From a bacterium (GTDB taxonomy: Bacteria > Hinthialibacterota > Hinthialibacteria > Hinthialibacterales > Hinthialibacteraceae), in NCBI GenBank assembly GCA_041946805.1, contig JBHGBC010000105.1, positions 1 to 21,201 on the forward strand: DNA of 21,201 nucleotides. The letters run 5' to 3'. A program made the position numbers and the translations under genes. The notes under the pieces are model-generated. The model saw only the letters and a list, made by a program, of their open reading frames with translations, did no database searches and was not told the DNA's origin. Shown here in pieces: positions 1 to 8,070 of this stretch. Within the stretch, counting starts at the first letter, position 1. Each line of letters starts with the position of its first letter.

Positions 1-56
1 AATTGGAAGATTCGCTGGAATCCGCGGTTTTTTATGCTTCCGGATAGCCAAACTCC

Positions 57-114
57 AGGGTGCGGACATCTTGTCCGCACATAATATAATTGCCGGCAGG
101 ATGCCTGCACCACA
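57..114. repeat. Inverted pair of REP-like palindromes (REPIN-like) downstream of the ack operon
   Basis: AGGGTGCGGACATCTTGTCCGCAC (57-80) and GCCGGCAGGATGCCTGCACCACA (92-114; reverse complement TGTGGTGCAGGCATCCTGCCGGC) are related imperfect hairpins in opposite orientation, separated by an AT-rich spacer. Confidence 0.55.
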
Positions 115-172
115 AAATATGGAACATCAATGTATTATTATCACTATTGGCCGCTGCGTCATCAAAAGGATC

Positions 173-1255
173 TCACTCGTTGACCACCATGGGTGAAGAC
201 ATGACCACCTGGACCGCACGGTCCGCCAACAGTTGATCGACCGGCTCGTCGAACCAATCCCAATACACGTTGTTCTTCCGCGATCCCGGCAAGGACAGGC
301 GGGAAATCAGCCACGGTCCCAGTTTTTTCCCGGCGGAGGCGTACCGCCCCGAAAACACAATGGCGTCCAAACCGCTCATCGCCGCGATTCCCGAACCGCA
401 CGCCAGCCGGATCCGGTATTTCATGAGATCCTGGATGGACTGCAATTCTGCCTCGTCCGATTCAAACAATTCTTGAATCGTGATCGGACGGCCCGCCAGC
501 CCCAATAGTCCGCTCTCCCTGGTCAGAACGTTGTTGATCTGCTCGGGTCCCCACTCTTTCTTCTGCGCCAGGGTAAGCACAATGTTGGGATCCAGGTCGC
601 CACAGGTCGTGTGGCCGGGCAGGCCCTCCAGGGGTGTGACGCCGCTGGTGACCATGACGGGTTTATTACCCAGGATGGCCGCGATCTCCGGCCGGGGCTC
701 CAGGCAGATAGATAGAATGCGGGAGGATTCCCGGATTTCCGGCCAGCACTCCAACGCGTACTCCCGCGCGGCTTCGTGATAGATGCCGTAGAATCCGAAC
801 TTGCGCATGTTGGGATCGCGGATCAGATCCGCATCCACACCCAGGCTGTGCTCGCGGTCCGGCAAGGACGCGAAAAAGGCCGTTTCAAAATCCAGAACCA
901 CCGGAGTTTCGGGAGACACGTCCTGGCAGGCTTGCGCCAATTCCACCAGTTCCGGCATATGCAACGGGGCGCACGGCGTGAGTTTCTTCAATTTTTCCAG
1001 GACTTCCGCGTCCACGCGGACCGGTCCGGAAAACACCACGCCGCCGTATTTGGCCTCAATGGTGATGGCGTCGAGAGGCGAATCCGCGGGTCCTTCCCGC
1101 CAAATCTCCCGCAGGATGTCCCTGTATTTGTTTTCCGAACGCCATTGGGACCGGTCGATCCGGCGCACCGGATGTTTCACCGGTTGCCGTTCGTAGTGTT
1201 GAAAAAAGGCGTGATGCAGCGAGTTCAATCCCAGCCGCAAAACCAGGATGTTCAT
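173..1255 (-). CDS. Acetate kinase-fold (ASKHA) protein, predicted catalytically inactive paralogue, 360 aa
   Basis: Colinear with AckA (MNILV, APLHMP, FETAFF, RKFGFYG, TPLEGL, CGDLDP, ESGLLGL, GLDAIVFSG) but catalytic residues are substituted. Uninterrupted ORF with SD AAAGGAG. Confidence 0.88.
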   Translation of the reverse strand: MNILVLRLGLNSLHHAFFQHYERQPVKHPVRRIDRSQWRSENKYRDILREIWREGPADSPLDAITIEAKYGGVVFSGPVRVDAEVLEKLKKLTPCAPLHMPELVELAQACQDVSPETPVVLDFETAFFASLPDREHSLGVDADLIRDPNMRKFGFYGIYHEAAREYALECWPEIRESSRILSICLEPRPEIAAILGNKPVMVTSGVTPLEGLPGHTTCGDLDPNIVLTLAQKKEWGPEQINNVLTRESGLLGLAGRPITIQELFESDEAELQSIQDLMKYRIRLACGSGIAAMSGLDAIVFSGRYASAGKKLGPWLISRLSLPGSRKNNVYWDWFDEPVDQLLADRAVQVVMSSPMVVNE

Positions 1256-1276
1256 GACAATCTCTCCTTTCCGGGC

Positions 1277-2485
1277 CTAGTTCTCGTGGACCAGGACCTG
1301 GTGCGTGAATTGGGCAATGGCCAGTTCCTCATTGGTTTGGATGACCAGCACGCGCACGGGGCTGCCCTCGGTGGCGACATCGGCCGGATACTGCTCCACC
1401 GCCCAATTCTTATGCGCGTCGATCTGGATGCCGAACACGTCCATGTCCGTGCAGACCGACCAGCGGACATACGGTACTGTCTCGCCGATGGTGTCGGTGA
1501 AAATCACCGCGGCCGGTGATTCCACCACCGCCAGGTACGCCCCCAGGTATTTGCGGATGCGCCACAGGTAGCTTTGCGCGGTCACGTGGTATTTCCGGAT
1601 CCGGTCCCGGTCCTCGGATTGATGGCACGCCGCGAGAATGTCCCGGATGTCCGCCGACGTCCCCGACATCCCCAGCACTCCGCTCTTTTTGTTGAGCACC
1701 GCCTCCACCCGGCCATGATCGCCGTTGGCCCGCGCCAGCATTTGCATGGGAATGGCCGGGTCCAGGTCGCCGCAGCGGGTGCTCATGATCAGCCCCTGGA
1801 GTGGTGAAAAACCCATGGTGTTGTCGATGGACTTGCCCCCCTGAATGGCGCACAGGCTCGCCCCCCCGCTGCCCAGATGGCAACTGACCGCATTCAATTT
1901 TTCCATCGGAATATTCAAAAATTGAGCGGCCTGCTCCGCCACGTATTGGTGGCTGGTTCCGTGAAATCCATACTTGCGGATCCGCGTCTCCGCGGCCAGA
2001 CCGCGCGGCAGGGCATACGTCCGTGCGTATTCGGGAATGGTGGCGTGATAGGCCGTGTCGAACACCGCCACCTGGGGCAAGTTGGGATACCGTTTCAGGC
2101 ACGCCTGGATCAGCGCCATGGCGGGCGGATTATGCAACGGCGCGAGATCCGCCACGGCCTCCAGGTCTTCATACACCCGCTGGCCGATCCGGGCGGGACG
2201 GCTGAAACGCGCCCCGCCGTGAACCATCCGGTGTCCCACGCCGTCCGGCCGGCATTGGGCGGTTTCCAGGATCTTCATCACCTCATCAAAGGCCGACCGG
2301 TGGTCCCGCATGGGAACCTCCACAACCTCCCGCTTTCCCTGGACCTGGTGCAGAATGCGGGATGGTTCCGCCGTGGGCGGGCCGATGCGCTGGGCCTCGC
2401 CGCCCGCCACGACGGTCTGCGAAGGCATGTCGATCAGTTTGTATTTCAGCGACGAACTGCCGCAGTTGAATACCAGAATGTTCAT
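1277..2485 (-). CDS. ackA: Acetate/propionate kinase, candidate PPi-dependent type, 402 aa
   Basis: Full motif set: NCGSSSLK, GHRMVHGG, APLHNP, FDTAYH, YGFHGTSH, CHLGSGGAS, STRCGDLDP, TNEEL. Start moved to ATG 2485 (SD GAGGT upstream). Confidence 0.95.
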   Translation of the reverse strand: MNILVFNCGSSSLKYKLIDMPSQTVVAGGEAQRIGPPTAEPSRILHQVQGKREVVEVPMRDHRSAFDEVMKILETAQCRPDGVGHRMVHGGARFSRPARIGQRVYEDLEAVADLAPLHNPPAMALIQACLKRYPNLPQVAVFDTAYHATIPEYARTYALPRGLAAETRIRKYGFHGTSHQYVAEQAAQFLNIPMEKLNAVSCHLGSGGASLCAIQGGKSIDNTMGFSPLQGLIMSTRCGDLDPAIPMQMLARANGDHGRVEAVLNKKSGVLGMSGTSADIRDILAACHQSEDRDRIRKYHVTAQSYLWRIRKYLGAYLAVVESPAAVIFTDTIGETVPYVRWSVCTDMDVFGIQIDAHKNWAVEQYPADVATEGSPVRVLVIQTNEELAIAQFTHQVLVHEN

Positions 2486-2527
2486 GAGCCACCTCGTACA
2501 GCTAGGTTCTATTCGGAACAAAGGAGA

Positions 2528-3757
2528 TTAGATTTCATCCGAAGTCCAACCGAAAACCGGGATGCCGATCAGGCCGTGGATGATCACCGCGGTTCCGTAA
2601 ACGGCTTCGTGGATATTCGCGATATCGACATACTCGTTCACGCTGTGCGCCGTTTCTTCGTTCCCCGGACCGTACCCGATGGTGGGCACGTGGAACTCGT
2701 TCACCAGCGCGCCGCCCGCGGTGCCCATGCCCAGCTGGCCCAGTTCCCACTTGCCGGGGGCCACGCGGCAACCGGCGGCGGTCAAGGCCTGGCGGGAGCG
2801 GTCGAGCAGCGGATGGAAGGGATCCGTCGCCCAGGCATGGCACACATGGCGTACCACGCGCGTCTGGCCGGTGTACATGGTCTGCGTTTCCTGCCGCACC
2901 GCCACATCGACGGCCACGCCACCGGCTGCCTGGGCCGCCATCACCGCGCCACGCTTAATCCGTCCCATGACCTCCTCGGCCGGTTCTGAGGTATTCAGCC
3001 GCCGCTCCATCTGGATGGTCACACGCCGGATGCCGTTTTGCTCCTCGACTTCCGGCTCGCGTACGGCCACCTCCGAGACGCCCTTCTTCTTCGACGAAAG
3101 GCCCCGGTTCTGGACCGAGTCTTCAAGAATGGCCCGCGCCGCGTCTTCCACCTTGAAGGGGTTGCGCCCCTGGATCTGGATCTCCAGTTCCAGCCACCCA
3201 TCATGGCCGTAGTACAGCCCCAGGCCGGTCGGTTCGCCCAGGATCGCGTAATCCGGTTTCAACTCGAACGACGGTAATGTATGTTCGAGCAGCCCCCGCA
3301 CGCCCACGCCCCGGCCGTTCTGTTCGGCCACCGTGGCGGCGATCACCAAATTGCCCCGCAGCGGCAGCAGGCTGCGTTTGAGCAACGCCCCCGCGTACAG
3401 TTGGGCCGCCAGGCCGCCCTTGCAATCCGACGCCCCTACGCCGTACAGCCGCCCGTTTTCGATCCGCCCGCTGTAGGGCGATTCCTTCCAAGCCGTCCCG
3501 TCGCCCGGATTCACGGTGTCCATGTGGCTGTTGAGCAGCACGGTGGGAAGCGATTCATTGCCGTAGAGCAGAGCCACCACATTGCCCCATTCGTCGCGGA
3601 CGAGTTTGTCAAATCCGATGGCCTTCATTTCCTGCAGGATCCGGTCCGCGATGCGTTCCTCGTTCCGGCTGACGCTGGGAATCCGCACCAGCTCCTGGGC
3701 CAAGTTCGTTACCTTGGGCTGCATCCCGCGGTGAATGTCGCGCAGCATCTTGTACAT
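2528..3757 (-). CDS. M20/ArgE/DapE-family metallo-amidohydrolase, YgeY-like, 409 aa
   Basis: Motifs NSHMDTV, GVGASDCKGG, TVAEQ, GEPT, GPGNEETAHSVNE. Start placed at ATG 3757 behind SD AGGAGG. Confidence 0.9.
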   Translation of the reverse strand: MYKMLRDIHRGMQPKVTNLAQELVRIPSVSRNEERIADRILQEMKAIGFDKLVRDEWGNVVALLYGNESLPTVLLNSHMDTVNPGDGTAWKESPYSGRIENGRLYGVGASDCKGGLAAQLYAGALLKRSLLPLRGNLVIAATVAEQNGRGVGVRGLLEHTLPSFELKPDYAILGEPTGLGLYYGHDGWLELEIQIQGRNPFKVEDAARAILEDSVQNRGLSSKKKGVSEVAVREPEVEEQNGIRRVTIQMERRLNTSEPAEEVMGRIKRGAVMAAQAAGGVAVDVAVRQETQTMYTGQTRVVRHVCHAWATDPFHPLLDRSRQALTAAGCRVAPGKWELGQLGMGTAGGALVNEFHVPTIGYGPGNEETAHSVNEYVDIANIHEAVYGTAVIIHGLIGIPVFGWTSDEI

Positions 3758-3809
3758 GAGAGTCCTCCTGGACTGGAATAGTTGGGATTTGATTCCGCTG
3801 TTCTCTATC

Positions 3810-3826
3810 CGCAAAGACGGGGCCAA
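3810..3826 (-). promoter_or_regulatory. sigma54 (RpoN) -24/-12 promoter for the M20-ackA-ack' operon
   Basis: Minus strand TTGGCCCCGTCTTTGCG = GG-N10-GC with TGGC and TTGC flanks, about 55 nt upstream of the M20 start and divergent from a sigma54 activator. Confidence 0.8.
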
Positions 3827-3901
3827 CCGGGCATCCCATTCTTAACCAAAATAAAATCAGAACGATGCACAGGCGGTTGGCATTTCCCGGTTCAGAAGGT
3901 A

Positions 3902-3937
3902 TATTTCAGAATGAAGTAGCATTATTTCATTTTGAAG
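3902..3937. promoter_or_regulatory. Paired palindromic sites, candidate upstream activating sequences for the bEBP
   Basis: TATTTCA-GAA-TGAAG (3902-3916) and TATTTCA-TTT-TGAAG (3923-3937). Each has a TTCA-N3-TGAA core; they are 21 bp apart and about 100-140 bp upstream of the predicted sigma54 start site. Confidence 0.65.
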
Positions 3938-3946
3938 GAGCCAAAC

Positions 3947-5623
3947 ATGAAAGCCGCCGATCTGAAACTGAACGAGTTGATTGATTTATCCGAAGGCAAT
4001 TTGAACTTGCACGGCCGGCGGCTGTTCATCAACGATCTGCACGCCGCCGCCCAGCTGCGCAAGGACCTGATCGAGATGCTGGGCCTTGAAGACACCCGGC
4101 GCATCCTCACCCGGTACGGGTATTTCTGGGGCCAGGCCGACGCCGCCGCCATGAACCGTATCTTCCAATGGGACAACCAGGAGGAATGGCTCCGCGCGGG
4201 CGCCCGCCTGCATACCCTCCAGGGCCTTGCCAACACGGCCATCAAATCCATCCGGATCGGCGACGCCTCCGGATCCTGCCAGATCGAAGTCGTCTGGCGC
4301 AACTCGGGCGAGGCGGAGGAGTACTTGTCCGAACTCGGCCTCTCTGGCCACCCCGTCTGTTGGATCCTGACCGGCTACGCCAGCGGCTACACCTCGTACT
4401 GCCTGGGGCGGGAAATCTACTTCGTCGAGACCAAGTGCCGGGCGGAATCGGGCCGGATCTGCGCGGGCGTGGGCAAGGATTTGAATTCCTGGGGGGAAAA
4501 CGAAAGGTCCCACCTGACCTATTTCGAAAGCCGGGACATCCACGGCAAAATCCAGCAACTGACCAGCGAGCTGCGCAAGAAGCAGCGCGAAATCGCTCAA
4601 CACAAAAAACTCATCGACCGGCTGTCCAAATCCGCCCCCCCGTTCGTCGAAGTGCACAGCGACACCTTCCGCCAGGTCATCGAGATGGCCAGCCATGTCG
4701 CCCCCTTCGACACCTCCGTGCTGATCACCGGGGCCAGCGGCACGGGCAAGGAAGTCATGGCCCGATACATCCACCAGCGCTCCAACCGGGCCGCGTATCC
4801 CTTCGTCGCCGTCAACTGCGGCGCCTTGCCCGAAACCTTGTTGGAAAGCGAATTGTTCGGGCACAAGGCCGGCTCCTTCACGGGCGCCATCCACGACCGG
4901 GTGGGACTGTTCGAACAAGCCAACAAGGGCACCTTGTTCCTGGACGAGATCGGCGACATCTCCCCCGCCATGCAACTCAAACTGTTGCGCGTGCTGCAGG
5001 AACGGGAGATCATGCGCGTAGGCGAAAGCAAGGTGCGGAAGATCGACGTCCGCGTCATGGCCGCCACGAACAAGAATCTGAAAAAAGCCATCAAGAGCGG
5101 CCAGTTTCGAGAAGACCTCTATTACCGCCTGGGCGTCATCGAAATCGAAATCCCCCCTCTCGCGCAACGCCAGGAAGACATCCTGCCCCTCTCCCGGTAT
5201 TTCGTGAACCAATTCGCCCAGAAGTTCAACCTGCCCAACCTGCGCCTCGACGCCACCTGTCTCGATTACCTGCAATCCTATTCTTGGCCCGGCAACGTGC
5301 GCGAACTGGAAAACGCCATCGAACGCGCCGCCGTGCTCTCCAAGGACGGCTGGATCCGCCCCGAACACCTGCCGCCGGGCATCCTCCATGCCGGCGCGGT
5401 TCCCCGCCGGTCCCTGGCGCCTTTGAATTGCACCCTGGCCCAGGTGGAGGAAGAGCACATCCACACCGTGCTGGAACTGGTGAACGGCAACCGCACCAAG
5501 GCCGCCCAAGTGCTGGGCATCAGCCCGGCCACCCTCTGGCGCAAACTGAAACCCGAATCGCCCCCGCCGGAGAACCGCGAAACGGAAATTCCATCACTTC
5601 CCGGATCGGGCCACGGCTTATAA
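3947..5623 (+). CDS. sigma54-dependent activator, XylR/DmpR/MopR family (XylR_N + V4R, AAA+, Fis HTH), 558 aa
   Basis: V4R motif PVCWILTGYASGY...VETKC...C; Walker A GASGTGKE; ESELFGH-x2-GSFTGA; Walker B LFLDEIG; FREDLYYRL; WPGNVREL; HTH NRTKAAQVLGISPATLWRKL. SD GAAGGAG before ATG 3947. Confidence 0.95.
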   Translation: MKAADLKLNELIDLSEGNLNLHGRRLFINDLHAAAQLRKDLIEMLGLEDTRRILTRYGYFWGQADAAAMNRIFQWDNQEEWLRAGARLHTLQGLANTAIKSIRIGDASGSCQIEVVWRNSGEAEEYLSELGLSGHPVCWILTGYASGYTSYCLGREIYFVETKCRAESGRICAGVGKDLNSWGENERSHLTYFESRDIHGKIQQLTSELRKKQREIAQHKKLIDRLSKSAPPFVEVHSDTFRQVIEMASHVAPFDTSVLITGASGTGKEVMARYIHQRSNRAAYPFVAVNCGALPETLLESELFGHKAGSFTGAIHDRVGLFEQANKGTLFLDEIGDISPAMQLKLLRVLQEREIMRVGESKVRKIDVRVMAATNKNLKKAIKSGQFREDLYYRLGVIEIEIPPLAQRQEDILPLSRYFVNQFAQKFNLPNLRLDATCLDYLQSYSWPGNVRELENAIERAAVLSKDGWIRPEHLPPGILHAGAVPRRSLAPLNCTLAQVEEEHIHTVLELVNGNRTKAAQVLGISPATLWRKLKPESPPPENRETEIPSLPGSGHGL

Positions 5624-5670
5624 AATCCGCGCTGTTCCATCCGAAATTGGATTCTTGGAGGTCCGTACCG

Positions 5671-7581
5671 ATGAACGAAACCGCGAACTTTCCATCTCCT
5701 CAAAAAGAACCCTTCCAGGCCGAGGTCGCCCAGGTTCTGGATATCGTCGTTCATTCCCTCTACACGCATCGGGAAATCTTCGTGCGCGAACTGATCTCCA
5801 ACGCCGCCGACGCGCTCGAAAAAATCCGCTACGAAAAAGTCCACAACGAAGCCATCGCCGATCCCGAAGCGCCGCTGGAAATCCGCGTCGAAGTGGATGA
5901 ATCCAACCATCGCCTCACCTTCACCGATACGGGCATCGGCATGACGGATGACGAAATCCGCCGCAACCTGGGCACCATCGCCCACTCGGGCACCCGCGAA
6001 TTCCTCAAGCGCGCGAGGGAAGCGCCCGGGCAGGAAGTGCAACTCATCGGGCAGTTCGGCGTCGGCTTCTATTCCGCTTTCATGGTGTCCCGTGAAATCA
6101 CCGTACGCTCGCGTTCCTTCCGGCCCGGGGCGGAGGGCGTGGAGTGGAAATCGGACGGCGGCGGCGAATACACCGTCGAGCCGAAGGAGGGACTCCGCCG
6201 CGGGACCCAAATCATCCTGGATCTGCGGGAGGACGCGCACGAATTCGCCTCGGCCGCCGCGGTGAAAGACATTGTGAAAAAATACTCCAATTTCGTTTCC
6301 TTCCCCATTTGGATCAACGGCGAACGGATCAACACCATCCAAGCCCTCTGGACCCGGAACAAGTCCAAGATCAAGGACGAGGAATACACCGAGTTCTACA
6401 AGTTCATCGCCAATTCCGTCGACGAACCGTTCTACCGCCTGCATTTCTCGCTCGACGCGCCGCTGCAGGTCCACGCGCTGCTTTTCGTGCCGCAGGACAA
6501 CTTCGAACAGTACGGTTTCGGCCGGATGGAGCCCGGTGTGAATCTCTATTGCCGCAAGGTGGTCATTCAAAACCACTCGGATGTCATCCTGCCTGAATGG
6601 CTGCGCTTTCTCCGAGGCGTGGTGGACAGCGAGGACCTCCCCCTGAACATCTCGCGCGAAACCCTGCAGGACAACGCCCTGGTGCGCAAACTCAGCAAGG
6701 TCATCACCACCCGTTTTCTCAAGTTCCTGCACGAGCAAATGCAGGCGGACCGGGAACGGTACACCCAATTCTGGACGAATTTCTGTCCGTTCTTCAAGGA
6801 AGCCATCCTCGGCGACCCCGCCCGTGACTACCGCGCCGAACTCGTCCCTCTATTGCTCTTTGACTCTTCGAAACCAGATGACGGCCGGCGCGTGTCTCTA
6901 CCGGAATATGTCAGCCGGATGAAGTCCGGACAGAAATCCATCTACTACATCAACGGTCCCTCGCGGGAGGCGATCGAATCCGGCCCCTACATCGAGGCCT
7001 TCCGCCAACGGGATATCGAAGTGCTGTATGTGTTCGATTCGATCGACGACTTTGTGTTGACCACTTTGCACGAGTACGAAAGCCATCCCTTCCAATCCGC
7101 CGACCAGGGAGAGTTAGACCTGCCGGACGTTCCCGCCGCCCAGGAAGAAACCCCGTCCGCCGAGGACCGGCTCAACCGGGACGAAGTGGATTCGTTGGCG
7201 GGATATATGAAAAGGATCCTGGGCCACCGGGTGGACGCGGTGCGCGCCTCCAAACGCCTGGTGGACAGCCCGGTGATGATCGTGCACCTGGACTCTCCCA
7301 TGACCGGCGCCATGCAGCGGGTGTTGGAAACCGTGAACAAGGATTTCGTCAACATGGCCAAAAAGTCGCTGGAGTTCAATCCCGATCACCCCATCCTGGT
7401 CCACCTGGCCCGCCGCCTGGCCCGGGAAAAAGATTCGGAACTGCTGAAATTGGCCGTCGAGCAACTGTACGACAACGCCCTGGCCGGCGCGGGCATGATG
7501 AAAGACCCCCGCGCCATGGTGCAACGCAACTACGCCGTCCTGGAGCGGGCACTGAAGACGGAGGAGAATTCAACCTCCTGA
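5671..7581 (+). CDS. htpG: Molecular chaperone HtpG (Hsp90), 636 aa
   Basis: FQAEV, RELISNAADA, DTGIGM, NLGTIAHSGT, IGQFGVGFYSAF, GVVDSEDLPLNISRETLQ. SD GGAGGT before ATG 5671. Confidence 0.97.
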   Translation: MNETANFPSPQKEPFQAEVAQVLDIVVHSLYTHREIFVRELISNAADALEKIRYEKVHNEAIADPEAPLEIRVEVDESNHRLTFTDTGIGMTDDEIRRNLGTIAHSGTREFLKRAREAPGQEVQLIGQFGVGFYSAFMVSREITVRSRSFRPGAEGVEWKSDGGGEYTVEPKEGLRRGTQIILDLREDAHEFASAAAVKDIVKKYSNFVSFPIWINGERINTIQALWTRNKSKIKDEEYTEFYKFIANSVDEPFYRLHFSLDAPLQVHALLFVPQDNFEQYGFGRMEPGVNLYCRKVVIQNHSDVILPEWLRFLRGVVDSEDLPLNISRETLQDNALVRKLSKVITTRFLKFLHEQMQADRERYTQFWTNFCPFFKEAILGDPARDYRAELVPLLLFDSSKPDDGRRVSLPEYVSRMKSGQKSIYYINGPSREAIESGPYIEAFRQRDIEVLYVFDSIDDFVLTTLHEYESHPFQSADQGELDLPDVPAAQEETPSAEDRLNRDEVDSLAGYMKRILGHRVDAVRASKRLVDSPVMIVHLDSPMTGAMQRVLETVNKDFVNMAKKSLEFNPDHPILVHLARRLAREKDSELLKLAVEQLYDNALAGAGMMKDPRAMVQRNYAVLERALKTEENSTS

Positions 7582-7702
7582 GCCAGCAAAGATGACAATC
7601 TTATAATATTTTAAAGATCAGGGGAAAAGGAGAGGGAAATAACCCCTATTCGCAGAGCTAAGCAATTCATATTCATTTATCCAACTGCAGAGAAAGCTAT
7701 TG

Positions 7703-7752
7703 GCCCAGGGTTAAAACCCTGGGCTGCTGTAAAGCCGTCCCCTGAAGGGGAC
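7703..7752 (-). repeat. REP-like double-hairpin element
   Basis: GCCCAGGGTTAAAACCCTGGGC (7703-7724) plus GTCCCCTGAAGGGGAC (7737-7752). Same architecture as the elements at 17511-17550 and 17607-17650, in reverse orientation. Confidence 0.6.
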
Positions 7753-7955
7753 TCCCATGAAGGTGAGATTCCAACCCATTCCAGAGAAGCCCAGCGGGGC
7801 GAAAGGGCTTTGCCCCATCCAATCCGCCCGCCCAGAGAGAGGGACTTGGGGGTCATTCTCTCCAGACGGTTTGACGGAACGGCATAGCAAACCAAAAAGA
7901 AAAAGTACGCACTTACCGGATGAGCCAGAAAGGATGTGAATCGCCCTTTCAGGGC

Positions 7956-7990
7956 TTTCCCTCACCCTGACCCTCTCCCGGAGGGAGAGG
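7956..7990 (+). repeat. BoxC-like repeat (CCCTCACCC-N3-CCCTCTCCC-loop-GGAGAGG)
   Basis: TTTCCCTCACCCTGACCCTCTCCCGGAGGGAGAGG; three related copies elsewhere in the window. Confidence 0.75.
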
Positions 7991-8070
7991 AAAGCGGTTC
8001 GCGTTCCCATCAATCCGCATATCACGAATCGTGCAGTGAGAAAGTTCAGGATTCGGGAAAACAGTTCCAT

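Noticed and set aside
74..101. dif-like site (CCGCACATAA-TATAAT...)
   Set aside because: The left arm loosely resembles an XerC site but there is no TTATGTTAAAT-like XerD arm; the REP-like pair explains the region better.
173..1255. Calling the second ack-like gene a pseudogene or a butyrate kinase
   Set aside because: There are no stops or frameshifts and the SD is strong. The retained motifs are AckA-like, and residues needed by butyrate kinases are also missing.
3877..3895. Second sigma54 promoter on the plus strand (TTGGCATTTCCCGGTTC)
   Set aside because: It has TGGCA but lacks GC at the -12 position (GG-N10-TT).
4168..5670. 1137-aa ORF suggesting a long N-terminal fusion to HtpG
   Set aside because: The extension is an alternative frame over the sigma54 activator with Arg/Pro-rich shadow composition. 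HtpG homology and an SD start at 5671.
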